Source: Octopus bimaculoides
Taxonomy: Eukaryota
DNA: 53,478 nucleotides
Direction of reading: 5' to 3'
Assembly: GCF_001194135.2 (NCBI RefSeq)
Contig: NC_068992.1
Span: forward strand, 64,297,943-64,351,420
Shown here: in pieces, positions 50,195 to 53,478 of the stretch
Layout: the number at the start of each line of letters is the position of its first letter
How positions within the stretch are numbered: position 1 is the first letter of the stretch
Made by a program: the position numbers and the translations under genes
The notes under the pieces: generated by a model
Told to the model about the DNA's origin: nothing
Databases searched by the model: none
The model's input: only the letters and a program-made list of their open reading frames with translations

Positions 50195-50526
50195 TAATAC
50201 AGTTCTATATTTGAGAGATGAGGAATTATTTACATTATTTACATTTGACAGATATTTGTCCTCATCTTGTTTGTTGTTAACACAACGTTTTGGCTGATAT
50301 ACCCTCCAGCCTTCATCAGGTGTCTTGGGGAAAATTTTGAACCTGGGTTCTCATTCCTAAGGTATTTTTCGATGTTGTTGTTGTCATTATTATTATTATT
50401 ATCATTATTATTATTATCATTATTATTATTATTATTATTATTATTCGGGTCACTGCCTGGAATCGAATTCAAAATCTTGGGGTTAATAGCCCATGCTCTT
50501 AACCACTATGCCATATGTCCATGGGC
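50195..50526 (-). mobile_element. tRNA-headed SINE with an internal (TAA)n and a Penelope-like hammerhead tail
   Basis: Minus strand: A box TGGCATAGTGG (50503-50513), B-box-like GAATTCGATTCC (50459-50470), (TAA)n spacer, then a hammerhead fold and a tail with inverted GATGAGGA / TCCTCATC. Confidence 0.75.
50279..50324 (-). ncRNA. Minimal type I hammerhead ribozyme fold, G12A variant (probably inactive)
   Basis: GACAC-CUGAUGA-A-GGCUG(GAGGGUAUAU)CAGCC-AAAA-CG-UU^GUGUU: stem I GACAC/GUGUU, stem II 5-6 bp, palindromic AACGUU stem III. GAAA reads AAAA (T at + position 50291). Confidence 0.65.
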
Positions 50527-50616
50527 TTTTGTTTGTCTGTTCAAAAATCAAAGTATAACCAAAGTTAAAACTAAAAGATTGAGCACCTAATGCAGGGATT
50601 GGCAGGCCTCTTTTAG

Positions 50617-50730
50617 ATGTTTTCGATCTAGTTTGGATTCTTTGCCATCGAATTTGAATTCTTTGCCATCAAATTTGAATTCTTTGCAATCAAATTTGAT
50701 GGCAAAGAACCCAAACTAGATCGGAAACAT
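50617..50730. repeat. Inverted repeat (41-bp arms, 3 mismatches) with a triplicated 21-bp core
   Basis: Arms 50617-50657 and 50690-50730; unit attctttgccatcaaatttga at 50637, 50658 and 50679. Confidence 0.9.
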
Positions 50731-51473
50731 TGGTATGTCACTGATCCTTTCATGGAACCATTTTAATGATTTATTGACTTACATCATGTAAATTTCATCG
50801 TCATCATCATAAGTCTGTTTTCCATACTGGCATCGGTTGGACAGTTAGACAAGAGACTGCACCAAGCTTCATTGTCTGTTTTGGCAGGGTTTTACAGCTG
50901 GATGCCCTTCCTAACATCAGCCGATTTATAAAGTGAACAAATTTTCTAAATTTCGAAAGTAAAACTAAGAAGTATATTTAATAAAATATTTATTGATTTA
51001 AAAACTGTAATTCTATTCTTTTGTGTCATTATTGCTTTTTAATAAGAGGTATTTAAAAAAATTTAATGAAAATACTTAACAAATTTTATAAAGAACAATA
51101 AACATTCAGTTATATTATATTGATATTAGAATATTTAATGTGAAATGTGTGTTTAGTAGATACTAGTTACTTCATCGATATTTGGCTGGAAATTAGTGAG
51201 TTTTAGCTTTCACCCTTCCAGATTCAGTCTACTAATAAATCAGCCCACCCAATGCCTAAAATTGTTTGAGGTGTTTAGCAATTCCTTGGATAGCCATTCA
51301 CACCCTCAGAAGGCAGTATTGACCACTTTGCTGATCCATAACATAGAGTAACTTATATCAAATGACCATTTTAAAACAAATAACCTTGATTAGATATACA
51401 CAACCTTTCCTTTTTGAGATTAAAGAATTTTTTGAATAAAAAGTTGAATGTAATTTGAATGATTGCATTAAAT

Positions 51474-51976
51474 CAGTTGTCAGCAAACTTTTTTTCACAG
51501 CGGGCCAGATAACTGAGAGAATGACGATCGTGGGCCACATAACCATTTTGTTCAATTCAATACAGTGAATACACAAAAAATAAAGGCAACCAACATATTT
51601 ATTTACCAAAAAGTTATCAAAGAAGGAGACATTAAGAATAAGATAGTTTTATCACACCTGGTGCACACAGATCCGAATCTCACAAACTAAGCAGCAAAAA
51701 AGGTTGGTGAGATTTGTGAAACTGGTGTTTAGCTATCGTCAATATTTGATTTGTAATTGCTGCATCCAACCAGGAGAATTGCTTTCAGATATTCTTCAGT
51801 CAACCTCATTTGATGGGCTGACTTCACATTCTTCATTTTTTGAAAATGTTTGCTATCAGACATAAAATGTTCCAAACACTGATGCCATACCAGAGGCAAA
51901 TGCAAGTACTTACACAAAAGCTACAGAGTGGTGGCGGGTCAGATCTGGCCCACGGGCTGTAGTTTGGTGACTCCTG
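51474..51976 (-). mobile_element. Internally deleted hAT (Charlie/Buster-like) element with a transposase C-terminal remnant
   Basis: Perfect 8-bp TSD CATTAAAT (51466-51473 and 51977-51984); TIRs 13/16; minus strand AFASGMASVFGTFYV**QTFSK / MKNVKSAHQMRLTEEYLKAILLVG resembles the hAT dimerization domain (S.FGSTY.CEQ.FS.MK..KS..R.RLTD.HL). Confidence 0.9.
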
Positions 51977-52139
51977 CATTAAATGAAATAAATGTTATAT
52001 TGCAAAGGATTGAAAAGTTTTTCCATTACAAAACTTATTAAGGAAATATCTACCAAGTAGGGGTTAAGTGAAAAATCAGAATCTGAAATTTGCTAACATT
52101 TTGTTTTGAGAAATATAATTGTTTCTACCAGATACTACT

Positions 52140-52400
52140 TTACAGAAGCCCTTAAAACCTGTTTAACCATCTCCCTCTACTACACCCTCACTCCACTGAG
52201 GGAACCCTTTAGTCTTGTGGGTTACAGGTGACCTCACTAGTGCTGGTGCCTCAAAGAAAAAAATAAAAGTTTTTTGTAAAGGAGTTGGAGTTAGGTTGGG
52301 CATTGAATCATAGACAGTTTGTCAAAAATGAGATTCTGGAGCAAGACAGGATCCTCTGACTTGCTGGATCCTGTCATACTGCCAACATGGAAAATGGATG
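52140..52400 (+). mobile_element. RTE 3' UTR (degenerate)
   Basis: cactagtgctggtgcc...gttgggcattgaatcat...cctgtcatactgccaacatggaaaatggatg. Confidence 0.5.
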
Positions 52401-52439
52401 GAAAAGGCGCAGACATACGCAAACATGGAAAAAGCGCAG

Positions 52440-52474
<35 letters not shown>

Positions 52475-52865
52475 GATGTACACACACACACACACACACA
52501 CACATACACATGAATAAGCAGAAGTGCTGACAGTTAAATATACATGTAATAGTAGTAGTAGGTGGATGTGGTCTTTAGTAAAATTTCAATTCCAGATGTC
52601 TTTCAAAAAATTATCGATAGTTTTATAAAATGGCAGGAAGTAAGGTGTGTGTGTATATGTACCTGTATTTCTATTTGTGTATTTGTTTTTCAGTATATGC
52701 ACTTTTGTTTCTATATATATACATTTGTGTAGATGTGAATGTATATGTTTTTTATATGTGTTAAGTGTTTTGTGAATGTATATAAATTTTGTATATTTGT
52801 GTGTTTTTCTATTTTTGTGTTTGTTCGTTTTTACGTCTGTTTTTCCATGCCAGCATGGGTTAGAT

Positions 52866-53166
52866 CAGAGGTTCTCAAACTTTTTGGGCCACCGCCCCCC
52901 CCCTCATGGGCACATAATACCCTCAGTGTCCCCCACCCCTATTTTTATGTATAAATAAATATTTTATATTTTAGTAATTTATATATACTATGAATCATTT
53001 GATATTTAGTATAATATTATATAATTTGTATACAATACTATAATAATATTATAAATTCATAGCGTCCCCCAATCCACTGCTTTCCTCCCAATGCCTCCTT
53101 TTACTCTACCTGGACACTCTCAACACCCTCTGGTAGGGGTGGTAGCACTCACTTTGAGAACCCAAA
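52866..53166. mobile_element. hAT MITE
   Basis: Perfect 8-bp TSD GGTTAGAT (52858-52865 and 53167-53174); TIR core gttctcaaa / tttgagaac. Confidence 0.85.
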
Positions 53167-53433
53167 GGTTAGATGAATACATATTACAAAAGCATTGTTT
53201 TACAACTAGATGTCCTTATTCGCATTAACCCTTACTTATTTCTCGAGTAAAGGATTTTTCATTCTACTTGTCTTCAGAAATGCAGAGCTAGCAGAGTGTT
53301 CATTAACAGGGAATGTCAACAAACCTCACTATTGTTAGCTCAGCACTTTTTATTTGTGAATATTTGTTAGTGTGTAGCTGTTTGCATGTAGATGCATCGG
53401 TGTTTTTGATTGTGTATGTGTAATACTTATATA

Positions 53434-53478
<45 letters not shown>

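Noticed and set aside
50459-50526. Functional tRNA gene
   Set aside because: No complete cloverleaf or acceptor stem and no oligo-T terminator; it is a SINE head.
50617-50732. The palindrome is bracketed by an acceptor (cttttag) and a donor (TG|gtatgt)
   Set aside because: All three frames contain stops; it could only be a poison or UTR exon and there is no evidence of use.

Overview
AT-rich, repeat-dense eukaryotic genomic DNA with 7 assembly gaps. The SINE, RTE and MITE families and the (TA)n/(CA)n/(TAA)n load look like a coleoid cephalopod, probably Octopus (inference from sequence recognition; no search was run). No long intact ORF is present: most ORF-track entries are microsatellite or N artefacts. 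The window is most consistent with the 5' part of a large, intron-rich + strand gene that I cannot name. It has a CpG-retaining 5' zone, a first coding exon at 1564-1611 (MATEGGGNNFGYEQTL), a likely second exon at 5454-5526 and several weaker downstream candidates. The introns contain tRNA-derived SINEs, RTE LINE 3' ends, two inverted Helitron copies with a Pif1-type helicase C-terminal remnant, hAT elements with 8-bp TSDs, a mariner deletion derivative and piggyBac-like TTAA MITEs. The most interesting signal is a tRNA-headed SINE (50195-50526, minus strand) carrying a Penelope-type minimal type I hammerhead ribozyme fold, with a second relic at 16.7 kb. Both local copies have lesions that probably inactivate them, so any activity would belong to the family rather than to these copies. 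Also notable are a 41-bp-arm palindrome with a triplicated core, an AP-1-site minisatellite, a nuclear-receptor half-site cluster and overlapping microexon-like signals on both strands.
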